A stretch of 64,000 bases of DNA. Origin: Macrostomum lignano. Taxonomy: Eukaryota. Each line of letters starts with the position of its first letter. Position 1 is the first letter of the stretch. A model generated the notes under the pieces. That model searched no databases and had not been told where the DNA came from. It was given only the letters and a program-made list of their open reading frames with translations. This document shows, piece by piece, positions 36,801-48,668 of the stretch. The stretch covers positions 222,678 to 286,677 of the forward strand of contig NIVC01000225.1 of NCBI GenBank assembly GCA_002269645.1, read 5' to 3'. Both the position numbers and the translations under genes were made by a program.

Positions 36801-39800
36801 CAGGCCGAAGATGAACACGCGGCCCTCGGGTCCGGCCAGCTTGGCCAGCTGGGCCCTGTTCTGCTTGGACTGCTCGCCGATGGCGATCGTGACGAAGAAA
36901 ACGCCAGACCGCCTGACCAGCTTGGACTCGTAGAACTGGTCAACCTCGCCGTTGGATTCGGCACCGTCCGTGAGCAGGATGGTGACGTGGGGCACGTCCT
37001 CTCGCATGCCGGCGTGCTTCTGCCACATCTTGGTGCGCACCTCGTGCAGCGCCTCGCCGAGGAAGGTGAGACCGGGCTCGTACTGCATGGCCTCGATCTT
37101 CTTCAGGATCTCCTCGTGCGAGTTGTGCTCCCAGCTGTTTAGGTCCATGACAATCTTGTTCTTGTGGCTAAAGCGCATCACGCCGATTCGCTGGCGCTCA
37201 CCGTTCTTCATATAGAACTGCTGGACAACGTCGCGAACGAAGTTTTTCATGATGTAGAAGTTGTGCTCGGTCACGGTCAGGGACGAGTCCAGCATGAAGA
37301 TCACGTCGGCCTTCTGAATGCAGACTGAGAAGTTTGAGAGAGTTTACCTTAGATGGATTCTTGCTTGAAAGTTGAAAGGAGAAAAGGTGCGCTTATTTTC
37401 TAGCATAGCCTTGCATCCGCGCCAGTTACTCACTGGGAACGTTCGGGCAGTCACTGGGGTGCACGCATTTGCCCTTGTGCAGCAGGAAGTACGGCCGGCA
37501 CTCGCACTGCGGCCGTCGCTCCTTGGGGCACTTGCTGAACAGCACGGGCTCGTTGCAGGTCCTGGGGCAGCCGGAGCCGCGCACTCGGAAATACTGGTGC
37601 CCGGGGCAGGGCGTGGGTTCGTTGCACTTTCCCTTGTAGTAGTACTTCTTGCCGGTGCACACTGCGGGTAGGCAATGCGGCAGAAAGAAATTGGTCGGGC
37701 TTCAAATATTTGCCCGAATTCCACTTGTGTGGATATGAGCTCCACTATTCATTCAATCTGAAAAAGAGGATCTGACACTACTGGGAAGAACCAGTTTGAT
37801 TCGGATCCTTACTCTTCACGCAGCGGCCATCCTTGGTCTTCTTGAAGCCGGGGTCGCAGCCGACTTTGTAACATTTTCGGTCAGAGCGCAGCTTGTAGCC
37901 CTTGGGGCACTTTATGGCTGAAATTCGAGACGTGAAATCCTCGTGAGCGCTCATAGCTAATCCCAGCTGAGTCTCACCACCTGCACTGGGCCTGCCTGCC
38001 TACCTTTCTTGCAGATGTCTCGGAACAGGATCTGGCCTGGAGGGCAGTACTTGCGCACCTTCGGCATGCATTTGCCATCGAAGAATTCCGTTTTGGGCGG
38101 ACAGTCGACTGAATGTTTTTTGTTGCAATGGGCGGAGGAATTGAGTAGGGAATGGAAAAACTGATTGGCATGGATGCGAAGTCAGGCAATCAATTTAATT
38201 GAATTCAGTTTAATGCAACAGAATATTTTAACTGCAGTGTTCTGCGAAAAAGGAATGCAATGATAAATAAAATCTCTGCTTTGCACTGCACTGTGGCAAC
38301 AAGGCGGATTAAGCTGGGCTACATTTGCTTGAATTGAAAGCAAAGCAGATGCTGGAACTGCACTGTGAACAATGGAGTAGCAAAAGGTAGGATTTCGTTT
38401 TAGGATACGGCTGCGAGGGGAGATCAATTCGCCTCACCTTTTCTGCAGGTGCAGGTGGCTTTGTTCAGCGCCAGGCCCTTGCGGCAGCGCATTTTGCATT
38501 CGCACCGGCAGTCGCTCTTCTGGTCAAAGTTTCGGCCCGGGCACTTCTTCTTGCACTCTACAAGTCAATTAGACAGCTTTGGTGGAGCACTGGAGCTTGT
38601 TTCAGTCAAGGGGATTGGGGATTAACTTCTTGCGCAAGGCAAGGCTTTGGAACTCAATATTTACCACAGGCACAGAGCTTAGCGTTGAGTTTCTTTTCTC
38701 CTTTGCAGGATTTCTTGCAGACCTTGGCCTTCTTGGGCTTCGAGGGCACGTGTCGGGGCACGCAGACGCAGCCCTTGACGAGGATCTCCGACTCCTTGCA
38801 GCTCTTCCTGCAGTCATCGCTGACGGACACGTTGGGGACGCACTTGCACGGGACCACCAGCATAAAGCCCTTGGGGCATTTCAGGCTGCACTTGGGTTTC
38901 ACTGGAATTGAGGGAGCAAAATTCATACTGCTCATGCTGCTCAAAGCAAAATACGCGCTGCTCAGTGCTCAAACGACGCTTCTGACTCACATGGGACGCA
39001 CTCTCGGGCGATCATCTGCAGTCCCTTGCCGCAGGACTTGAAGTCTTTAACCGAGGCAGCCTTGCCGCCTTCGCACAGGATGTCGGTGATAACCTTGCCG
39101 ACTTTGCCGAGGTCTTCGAAATCGTTGACAACCGTGACGTACTTCTTATTGCTGGCCAGCTTCTCCAGGGCGCTCCTGGAGATGCCGGTGCCGATGCCGA
39201 GCGCCAAGACGGAGGCGCCCATCTTGCGTAGCTTGTTGGACTCGGCAACGGGGTTGGCGCGGCCGTTGGCGCGACCGTCGGTAAGAAGCACCACCACCGG
39301 CTTGGCCTCGGGGCGGTGGCCGTTCGCCTTCTGGAAGCCCTGCTCGCGGATCAGCTGGAAAGCCTCACCGGTGACGGTCTTGCCGGATTTGTACCTGAAT
39401 TTTGCCAGGTAGTTCGTGTGCGACCAATTCGGCATGGGTGAAGTACTGGGAAGCTGAATGTGCAACTTTTCCATTTTCAGAGGGTCGCTAATCAAACTCT
39501 AACAGCTTCTTAGTTTACAGCTCAAAAAGCAGACGGTAACCTAGTTGTAGCTTCTCATGTTGCGAGCGTGCATTGCAAGCGCTCGGGCATCTGCCCTCTT
39601 TTGTACTAAGGTGTCTGTCTGCTTGTGGTGATAGGCAGGAGGCACAGCTAGACTCAGAGGCTTACTCAAGGTCGTGCAGCAGGAACTGCAGCATGGCCTT
39701 CCGTTCCGCGGGCTTTCTCATGGAGTAGTCCTTCAGCTTGATGACCATCTCCGCCTTGTCCGAGAAGATCACGACGCCGAAGCGGAAGTTGCTGGATTTG

Positions 39801-41586
39801 CGCAGCAGTTTGGAGACGATCTCGTGAATGAATTTCGTCACCAGAGCGAAGTTCCTCCGGCCGACGGAGTGGGACGAGTCCAGTGCGAAGAAAATGTCCG
39901 CCTTTTGGCTGCAGCCTGGATTGCGTGGTGGGGCCGGCGTGATTGTTCTGGGATTTGCAGCAGAGTTCAAAGCGAAAGCCGGCAAGCAGGCAGACAGTCG
40001 GACCGGGCCCGGGGCTTGGGGCTTTCCCAGGGATTGACTGGCCAGGAGGCAATGCCAGAAAGATTTAAAAGCAGACTTTGGCGACGATGCAAAAGCAAGG
40101 AAGAATTCCCCAAAGGTTTTTAATTAGTAGTTTATAATGTACTGTTTAAGGTTGAAAATATCGCTTGGGTCGCAGTAGTGCTCGTATTAAGTCTTGTTTA
40201 CACTTTTTTCAACAGATGTTTTCTTTAGCGTAGAGGCCTGAACTACTTGCAGTAGTGTGGTTCAAAGATGAATTTAAATTACCGAATTACCACGAGAAAT
40301 TCTAGGCAGTGCATGTCAATGCCTAGGCAATGCCAATCGCGAAAGCGGTCCAATTTTTGCGCAAGAAGCATCGCGAATGTTAGGCTAGGAAATTTTACGC
40401 GTGTTTTTTTTACATAATTTTGAGACACTTACGTAATGCTGAATTTTTTTTTGCAAAAAAAGTTGAAGATGCATTGTTAGAGACAGTCAATAATATTGGG
40501 GTTTCACATCGCACAGACAGACAGGTAGGTGCCTAGCACATTGTCTATGGCTCTGATGGATAGGTAGGTGCCTCGCACACTGTCTATGGCTCTGATGGAT
40601 AGGTAGGTGCCTCGCACACTGTCTATGGCTCTGATGGATAGGTAGGTGCCTCGCACACTGTCTATGGCTCTGATGGATAGGTAGGTGCCTCGCACACTGT
40701 CTATGGCTCTGATGGATAGGTAGGTGCCTCGCACACTGTCTATGGCTCTGATGGATAGGTAGGTGCCTCGCACACTGTCTATGGCTCTGATGGACAGGTA
40801 GTGTCTAGCACACTGTCTATGGCTCTGATGGACAGGTAGTGTCTAGCACACTGTCTATGGCTCTGATGGACAGGTAGTGTCTAGCACACTGTCTATGGCT
40901 CTGATGGACAGGTAGTGTCTAGCACACTGTCTATGGCTCTGATGGACAGGTAGTGTCTAGCACACTGTCTATGGCTCTGATGGACAGGTAGTGTCTAGCA
41001 CACTGTCTATGGCTCTGATGGACAGGTAGTGTCTAGCACACTGTCTATGGCTCTGATGGACAGGTGGCAGTTTAAACGTCCTGCATTGGAAGTTGTTAGT
41101 TGCATCCTGAGTCCTTTCAGCGGCTCCCTGAGGCGAACTCATAGATACGAGCTAAGCGTACAAGGATAGGAAAAGCGGAAGCGACAAGCGGAGCATGCAA
41201 CCAGGTTGGACCGCTGCAGCGCAGTTGCAGACCGGTCATTGAAATCAATAGCAAATTTCTGCACAAATAAAAATATCGGTACTTACTTTTACCTGAGAAT
41301 TGAGGTGTATGCACGTAGTTAGGCGTGTTAGAAGTGTGTCAGTAGTCAGGTTAATTAGTCAAAATGGCAAAAACCAAGGCGTGACTGAGAAGGGCCACTG
41401 ACTCAATTTCTGTTCTAGTGCAAACTTTGTGAGGCTGTAGGCCTCCGGAAAGCCGAGTGGCTACTCACCATCCTTGCTGATCTCAGTCAGCGTGCTGAGC
41501 ACATCGCTGTCAGCGGCTGCAACATTGCCTTGGAGCACCAGCGGCAGCAGCAGCAGCGCTGGGAACAGTGACATCAGGCGCTGCAT
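33841..41586 (-). CDS. Secreted multidomain protein (~1514 aa): SP-VWA-CXCXC repeats-TIL-VWA-5 Cys repeats-VWA-SEA-like module-Lys/Glu-rich tail; exons 41586-41469, 39915-39666, 39394-38991, 38901-38665, 38557-38438, 38108-38004, 37917-37813, 37661-37434, 37324-36737, 36665-36261, 36188-35292, 35219-35148, 35062-34760, 34553-33841
   Basis: All 13 introns are GT-AG and phase-compatible (total 4545 nt). Signal peptide MQRLMSLFPALLLLPLVLQGNVAA. VWA MIDAS motifs DSSHS/DSSLT/DSSDS with LxTDG. TIL-like CPGHQYFRVRGSGCPRTC...CECRPYFLLHKGKCVHPSDC. KKEKKE tail ending TAG at 33841-33843. The SEA-like assignment is tentative. Confidence 0.85.
40515..41062. repeat. 39-bp/38-bp two-subfamily minisatellite in intron 1 of the VWA gene
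   Basis: taggtaggtgcctcgcacactgtctatggctctgatgga, then gtgtctagcacactgtctatggctctgatggacaggta units. Confidence 0.93.
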
Positions 41587-42854
41587 TGGTGGCCGCTCTC
41601 GTTGCCTATCGAAGAATCGAAGAGTATCTGCTCAAGCAGCACGGAAACAATTCCAACGGAGAGTGCGAGAGATGCTTAAAGTCCTGGCAGCAGCGGATTC
41701 CGCTTTCCCTCACTGTTGAGCTTAGCCTGGCCGCGCACACAGCGTCTTATTCTGCTCGCTGCGATCCGCGCTCCAACAGAGACAGTCTTAGAGGAGTTGC
41801 TGGCCGGAGCAGAAGCCGTGGGAGGAGGGGCTGGCAGGCAGGGAGTGGTGGACCAAGCGGAGAGCCGGCAGTTGGTGCGGGGGGGCAGAAAGTCGCCGCT
41901 GTTGGCAAAAAAGGCTTCTCCTGGTTGCTGGGCAGTGGGGAGCCGCGGCGAGCTGTGGGTTGGCCGAGCCTCTCGGACCGCTGGACAGGGAGGGGGCGGG
42001 GGGCGCAGCTCCTCTCCTGAGCTCTGGCGTCTACCAGCATTTTTGCCGCTGCAGAGCTGGCGCTGCGGCTGCCCCGCGCGGACTCGTGCAGGTGTTTTCG
42101 GTGCCGAATTGATTATTTTGTGCCGTAGCCAAAAATGCGCCTCCACCCACCGTCATTGCTGGGTGGGCAGCAGCAGCAGCAGCAGCAGCAGCTCTACTCG
42201 GGGTTCCTCAACTTCAACGTCGCGGACAGCACCGCGCATCCCATAAAGTCTGCTGTAGCCGGATCGATCGCTCCGGGATAGTGGGGGAGGGTGCTGGAGT
42301 TGCTGGTGCAGCGCTGGGGGGGGGGCTGACTGGCTCGCATTCTTGCCGCTCTGCATGTGGCTCTGACAAGGCGCTGTTTGCGTCTAATCGCAACTCTCTG
42401 CTGCCCGAGACATATTTGGGAGCGAAGGGGGGCAGCAGCGAGGAGACTCGGCCGATCTGTCGTGACTAAGCAGCAGTGCTGAGTTGGCCCCGAGCTCGCA
42501 CAATGGCTTCTCTCCTCCGCGGCAGTTTCAGTCACCCGTAGATGCAGAAGCAGAAGCACTGAGCATACAGTAGCAGTCACTCTCAAATTGCGGAGAGCAA
42601 AGAAACTGCTATGCAGCTTTGGGAAGCACGTTTGCATAGTGCAGTACTGTTTCCGCATACATTCTCTCGAATAAAATATCAGATTGGTATCAGATAGTCA
42701 TCAATGTGTTAGAACTTATTCGATTGATTATTGCTAATTAACAATCTTAAAAAATGCACTCGATCCGTGGGTCACAGGCCTCCGCCTGTGAATTGTTAGT
42801 TGCTGGGGCGTCACCTCTGCCGTCCCCCCCTCCCCAGTAAAAGCTATGGGGGGA

Positions 42855-45404
42855 CCTGCGGCGCCAAGATGAATTCCTACCTGCCAAAATGAGTGCCTGC
42901 GGCGCCAAGATGAATTCCTGCCTGCCAAAATGAGTGCCTGCGGCGCAAAGATGAATTCCTGCCTGCCAAAATGAGTGCCTGCGGCGCCAAGATGAATTCC
43001 TGCCTGCCAAAATGAGTGCCTGCGGCGCCAAGATGAATTCCTGCCTGCCAAAATGAGTGCCTGCGGCGCCAAGATGAATTCCTGCCTGCCAAAATGAGTG
43101 CCTGCAGCGCCAAAATGAGTGCCTGCGGCGCCAAAATGAGTGCCTGCGGAGCCAAAATGAGTGCCTGCTGCGCCAAAATGAGTGCCTGCGGCGCCAAAAT
43201 GAGTGCCTGCGGAGCCAAAATGAGTGCCTGCGGCGCCAAAATGAGTGCCTGCGGCGCCAAAATGAGTATTGACGCCAAAATGAGTGCCTGCAGCGCCAAG
43301 ATGAGTGCCTGCGGCGCCAAAATGAGTGCCTGCGGCGCCAAGATGAGTGCCTGCGGAGCCAAAATGAGTGCCTGCAGCGCAAAAATGAGTGCCTGCGGAG
43401 CCAAAATGAGTGCCTGCAGCGCAAAAATGAGTGCCTGCGGAGCCAAAATGAGTGCCTGCAGCGCAAAAATGAGTGCCTGCGGCGCCAAAATGAGTGCCTG
43501 CGGAGCCAAAATGAGTGCCTGCGGCGCCAAGATGAGTGCCTGCGGCGCCAAGATGAGTGCCTGCGGCGCCAAGATGAGTGCCTGCGGCGCCAAGATGAGT
43601 GCCTGCGGCGCCAAGATGAGTGCTTTCGGCGCCAAGATGAGTGCCTGCGGCGCCAAGATGAGTGCCTGCGGCGCCAAGATGAGTGCCTGCGGCGCCAAGA
43701 TGAGTGCCTGCGGCGCCAAGATGAGTGCCTTCGGCGCCAAGATGAGTGCCTGCCTGCGGCGCCAAGATGAGTGCCTTCGGCGCCAAGATGAGTGCCTTCG
43801 GCGCCAAGATGAGTGCCTGCCTGCGGCGCCAAGATGAGTGCCTGCCTGCGGCGCCAAGATGAGTGCCTTCGGCGCCAAGATGAGTGCCTGCGGCGCCAAG
43901 ATGAGTGCTTTCGGCGCCAAGATGAGTGCCTGCGGCGCCAAGATGAGTGCCTGCGGCGCCAAGATGAGTGCCTGCGGCGCCAAGATGAGTGCCTTCGGCG
44001 CCAAGATGAGTGCCTGCCTGCGGCGCCAAGATGAGTGCCTGCGGCGCCAAGATGAGTGCCTGCGGCGCCAAGATGAGTGCCTGCGGCGCCAAGATGAGTG
44101 CCTTCGGCGCCAAGATGAGTGCCTGCGGCGCCAAGATGAGTGCTTTCGGCGCCAAGATGAGTGCCTGCGGCGCCAAGATGAGTGCCTGCGGCGCCAAGAT
44201 GAGTGCCTTCGGCGCCAAAATGAGTGCCTGCGGCGCCAAGATGAGTGCCTGCGGAGCCAAAATGAGTGCCTGCAGCGCAAAAATGAGTGCCTGCGGCGCC
44301 AAAATGAGTGCCTGCGGAGCCAAAATGAGTGCCTGCCTGCGGCGCCAAGATGAGTGCCTGCGGCGCCAAGATGAGTGCCTGCGGCGCCAAGATGAGTGCC
44401 TGCGGCGCCAAGATGAGTGCCTGCGGCGCCAAGATGAGTGCCTGCGGCGCCAAGATGAGTGCCTTCGGCGCCAAGATGAGTGCCTTCGGCGCCAAGATGA
44501 GTGCCTTCGGCGCCAAGATGAGTGCCTGCCTGCGGCGCCAAAATGAGTGCCTTCGGCGATAAGATGAGTGCCTGCGGCGCCAAGATGAGTGCCTGCCTGC
44601 GGCGCCAAGATGAGTGCCTTCGGCGCCAAAATGAGTGCCTGCCTGCGGCGCCAAGATGAGTGCCTTCGGCGCCAAAATGAGTGCCTTCGGCGATAAGATG
44701 AGTGCCTGCGGCGCCAAGATGAGTGCCTTCGGCGCCAAGATGAGTGCCTGCGGCGCCAAGATGAGTGCCTGCGGCGCCAAGATGAGTGCCTGCGGCGCCA
44801 AGATGAGTGCCTGCGGCGCCAAGATGAGTGCCTGCGGCGCCAAGATGAGTGCCTTCGGCGCCAAGATGAGTGCCTTCGGCGCCAAGATGAGTGCCTGCCT
44901 GCGGCGCCAAAATGAGTGCCTTCGGCGATAAGATGAGTGCCTGCGGCGCCAAGATGAGTGCCTTCGGCGCCAAAATGAGTGCCTTCGGCGCCAAAATGAG
45001 TGCCTTCGGCGATAAGATGAGTGCCTTCGGCGCCAAGATGAGTGCCTGCCTGCGGCGCCAAGATGAGTGCTTTCGGCGCCAAGATGAGTGCCTGCGGCGC
45101 CAAGATGAGTGCCTGCGGCGCCAAGATGAGTGCCTGCGGCGCCAAGATGAGTGCCTTCGGCGCCAAGATGAGTGCCTGCCTGCGGCGCCAAGATGAGTGC
45201 CTGCGGCGCCAAGATGAGTGCCTGCGGCGCCAAGATGAGTGCCTGCGGCGCCAAGATGAGTGCCTGCGGCGCCAAGATGAGTGCCTGCGGCGCCAAGATG
45301 AGTGCCTGCGGCGCCAAGATGAGTGCCTGCCTGCGGCGCCAAGATGAGTGCCTGCGGCGCCAAGATGAGTGCCTGCGGCGCCAAGATGAGTGCCTGCGGC
45401 GCCA
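42855..45404. repeat. 21-bp (25-bp variant) GC-rich minisatellite (gcggcgccaagatgagtgcct), 2.5 kb
   Basis: Tandem array; source of the 810-888 aa pseudo-ORFs. A 2-unit remnant reappears at 54057-54097. Confidence 0.96.
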
Positions 45405-45420
45405 ACGCTTCACTTCAGCC

Positions 45421-45825
45421 CACTTCAGCCCATCAAAAGTATCTACAGTAATCTTTTTTCTTTTTGAATGCTTTCATTTTTTAACTTGCTGCTTGAAAAT
45501 AAATTAAGAGAGTTTCCAAAGGACTTTACTGACAGTAGCAGTAAACGAGTTTGCGTTAAACATTATTAAAATTTTTTCACGCGTCATGAACGATTGTGTA
45601 AAATGAATTGTAACATTATGTGTTACGTCTAAAGAAGTAGTTGAACAGCCTCATTTATTAAGCAAAAATGAAAACTATACTGGTTTATGCTGTACTACTG
45701 GGAAATATATTTATTCTCCTGATATGTTGATTGACAGAATAAAATATCAGACGAATAATATGTTGCCAAGCGCTATGTATAATTATATAAAGATGAGTCC
45801 AGGAACAGTATTACTTTATTATTTT
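45421..45825 (+). repeat. 405-bp segment A, present three times: direct copies at 45421-45825 and 54392-54796, inverted copy at 53444-53848
   Basis: Constant offset 8971 between the direct copies; begins cacttcagcccatcaaaag. Confidence 0.92.
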
Positions 45826-45945
45826 ATGTCGCTTATGTTGCGACATATGTTGCTTATGTCGCTTAAAGTGCGCCAGGGTGTACAAATATATAAAGTTTAA
45901 CAACACTTTTTAAAATAAATTGCATACATATACTGCCTATTTCAG

Positions 45946-47949
45946 ATGACCACTTGGGTGAAGAAAAAGAGAACAGGAGAGAGGTTGCTACTAAGTGCCA
46001 TTAGGGATACCAGTTCCAGCTCTCATGACGAGGAAGAGGGCATTTGTATGAAAAAATCATCATTGCCCAGTGGAGCAGTTTGTTCTAAATGGACATTGGG
46101 TAGTCAACCTGAGGAAGGAGATAAAAATCATCAGGAGGATAGTAATAACAATTCGCCATCTGAATCCGTCTCCTCCGATTCAGAGACTGACGACTATGAC
46201 GACCATGAATCTGATGTAGATCTGAGTGAGGCTTTGAAAGAATGGGCAATATCCGACAACATCCCACAGGCCTCTTTGCGACGTCTTCTGGCTGTTCTGC
46301 GCAAGAAAGACCCATCCCTTCCTATTGACCCGAGAACGCTGCTTGACTCTCCCCAGGTTGTATTAGGAGTTAAACACGTTGATCCAGGTAGCTATTATCA
46401 TTTTGGGCTCCTGGATGGGATTAAAAGGCTACTTGACGATGTGGGCTTTGAGAATAATGTCAACTTGAACCTGGTTTTAAACATCGATGGTGTACCACTT
46501 TTTTCATCGACTGTGGACGGCTTTTGGGTGATTCTAGCCGCATTTCGTGAAATTCGGAATTCTGTCTTTGTCGTTGGAATCTACCACGGCAAGGCAAAGC
46601 CTCAGAGTGCCGAGGATCTTCTCACGGATACTATTGAAGAGTTAAAGACGCTGGAGCAAAATGATTTGGAGATTCGACCCGGTGTGAAAATTCTCCTTGC
46701 GTGTGTTTGCTGCGACACACCCGCACGCGCTTTTGTCAAGAATGTCAAAGGCCACTCTGGCTACTATGGTTGTGACCGTTGCATTGCAAAAGGTATATAC
46801 ATTTGTAACCGTGTTGCTTTCTCTGAGAATGGTACTCTCCGAAGTGACGCCACCTTTCGCGACAGAACTCAACCGGAGCATCACCACGGACCGAGCCCCT
46901 TTGAATCCTTGTCTATTGACATGGTGGCTCAGTTTCCACACGACATGTTGCACCTTATCTGCAAAGGAGTGACACTGAAGCTGCTGGAAGTATTAAGCAA
47001 TGGTCCAAATAAGTACAGACTCGGCCAGAATGAGAAAAGGTACTTTGATCAGCTTATAAAAGAGACCTGCAAGGTTCTTCCTTGTGACTTTGTTCGAAAG
47101 GTGAGCCCTATTCGCCACCTTCACAAATGGAAGGCGACTGAATTGCGACTTTTTACAGTGTACATCATTCCGTTCGTCATCCCCAAGGTTGTACGTGATT
47201 CAAAGCTACAAACTATATTCATGACGTATTTCATCGCTATCTACATCATGTGCTGCGAAAGGAAACAATACCAAGGAGCGCAGAGCGTTGAATACATTCG
47301 CCGCCTTGTGTCATATATGCACGATCTCCTTCGCGATGCTCTCGGAAATGCATTTTTCACATACAATATTCACAACCTTCAGCACCTAGTTGATGACTTC
47401 AACCGGTTTGGTCCAATAGACACATTTAGCAACTTTAAGTTTGAGAACTTCTTGAGATTCATCAAGAAGAAGATTCGATCGCCCAGTCAACCACTGAATC
47501 AGATTGTCAAGCGAATACATGAGAGTGGACAGTTTCTTGGGCAGCGTCCTGTATCCCTATTGGGAATAAAGTCCCTGACACCCTTGCAACCCATCATTCG
47601 TGATGAGGGTGTAGCTTACCGGCGACTCGTACTGAATGATGTCAACACCATCCTGAAGAGGAAATCTCCGGATTCATTCGTCTTAACCTCTGATCACAAA
47701 GTCTTCAAAGTTTCTCATTTTGTGAAGGAGGGCGACGATATCAGGGCCATTGGCCGGCTCTTTTGTAGCCACGACAACTACTTTCTATTGCCGTTGCTGT
47801 CCATGGATTTAGACATTTTCAAAGTGTCTGAATTGTCGCGCTCGGTTTCTGTCGTACCTGTTGAACATATCATGTGCAAAATGTTCCTCTTTCCAGACGA
47901 CGGTGGCCACCAGTTGGCCATACCACTTGCTCATACTTTCCGTCAGTGA
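45946..47949 (+). CDS. EnSpm/CACTA-like transposase (Tnp2-like), 667 aa
   Basis: Motifs LNIDGVPLF, CCDTPARAFVKNVKGHSGYYGCDRC, DMLHLICKGV, KWKATELRLF and YNIHNLQHLVDD...FGPIDTFSNFKFENFL, recognised from family knowledge. Preceded by a ttcag acceptor, so an upstream exon may be missing. Confidence 0.85.
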   Translation: MTTWVKKKRTGERLLLSAIRDTSSSSHDEEEGICMKKSSLPSGAVCSKWTLGSQPEEGDKNHQEDSNNNSPSESVSSDSETDDYDDHESDVDLSEALKEWAISDNIPQASLRRLLAVLRKKDPSLPIDPRTLLDSPQVVLGVKHVDPGSYYHFGLLDGIKRLLDDVGFENNVNLNLVLNIDGVPLFSSTVDGFWVILAAFREIRNSVFVVGIYHGKAKPQSAEDLLTDTIEELKTLEQNDLEIRPGVKILLACVCCDTPARAFVKNVKGHSGYYGCDRCIAKGIYICNRVAFSENGTLRSDATFRDRTQPEHHHGPSPFESLSIDMVAQFPHDMLHLICKGVTLKLLEVLSNGPNKYRLGQNEKRYFDQLIKETCKVLPCDFVRKVSPIRHLHKWKATELRLFTVYIIPFVIPKVVRDSKLQTIFMTYFIAIYIMCCERKQYQGAQSVEYIRRLVSYMHDLLRDALGNAFFTYNIHNLQHLVDDFNRFGPIDTFSNFKFENFLRFIKKKIRSPSQPLNQIVKRIHESGQFLGQRPVSLLGIKSLTPLQPIIRDEGVAYRRLVLNDVNTILKRKSPDSFVLTSDHKVFKVSHFVKEGDDIRAIGRLFCSHDNYFLLPLLSMDLDIFKVSELSRSVSVVPVEHIMCKMFLFPDDGGHQLAIPLAHTFRQ

Positions 47950-48668
47950 GACAGAGCTTACTTTTTTAACATACTGCAAAGGTTTGATGTGTCTGCATTC
48001 AGAAGCAAATGCTATTCTTTAAACTTTAATCATGATACTTTTCTTTAGCTGTTATAATTTTGTACGTAAATTTATTTTAAGGTTCTAATAATATGTTATT
48101 TTCTTTAATTACGAGCTAGATTCTGTTTCAAAATATTCTACTCATGTTTGAACTTGCAACTTATAGGCTTTTCTGTAAGCGTGTGGCAGCCTTGGACGTA
48201 GATCAACCAGTCGATGCAAAAAATTGAAGCATAGCAGATTGTTTAGAATCTTCAGCGTATACATATAACAGTAGTAATAGCAAAATTAATAATAATAATA
48301 ACAATTTCTTAGCATCAAACCGTCCAGGCCTGACAAGCGTAGCCAATTAAACATACTACTACTGTAATTTCGCCTCCTCAAAGTATAATTAATAAAATTA
48401 CTCGTCGCAGTATAATATGGCCGTATTTTTGGCAACTTATTTGGTACTAAAATACATCAAAGCTGCTCTGTTCATCAATTATGTAGAAATCTCAAAATAC
48501 AAGTATTGCAATAGTAGATTCATGAATCTGTAATGTTATAGAAAAGAGCTGTAATAAAATCAGCGTAGATAAGATTATTTAATTTACTGCAGTTTTATAT
48601 ACTAATAGAACATTACAACCTTTTTTCATGCATTTGAAGCTCTGAAACACCTCCAGTGTATCACAATT

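Noticed and set aside
41600-42660. GC-rich ORFs upstream of the VWA gene
   Set aside because: No recognisable domain or consistent splice structure; more likely promoter or 5' region.
42734-45413. 810-888 aa ORFs (ALILAPQ / GTHLGAA / HSSWRRR)
   Set aside because: Translation of a 21/25-bp minisatellite; the 25-bp variants shift frame freely.
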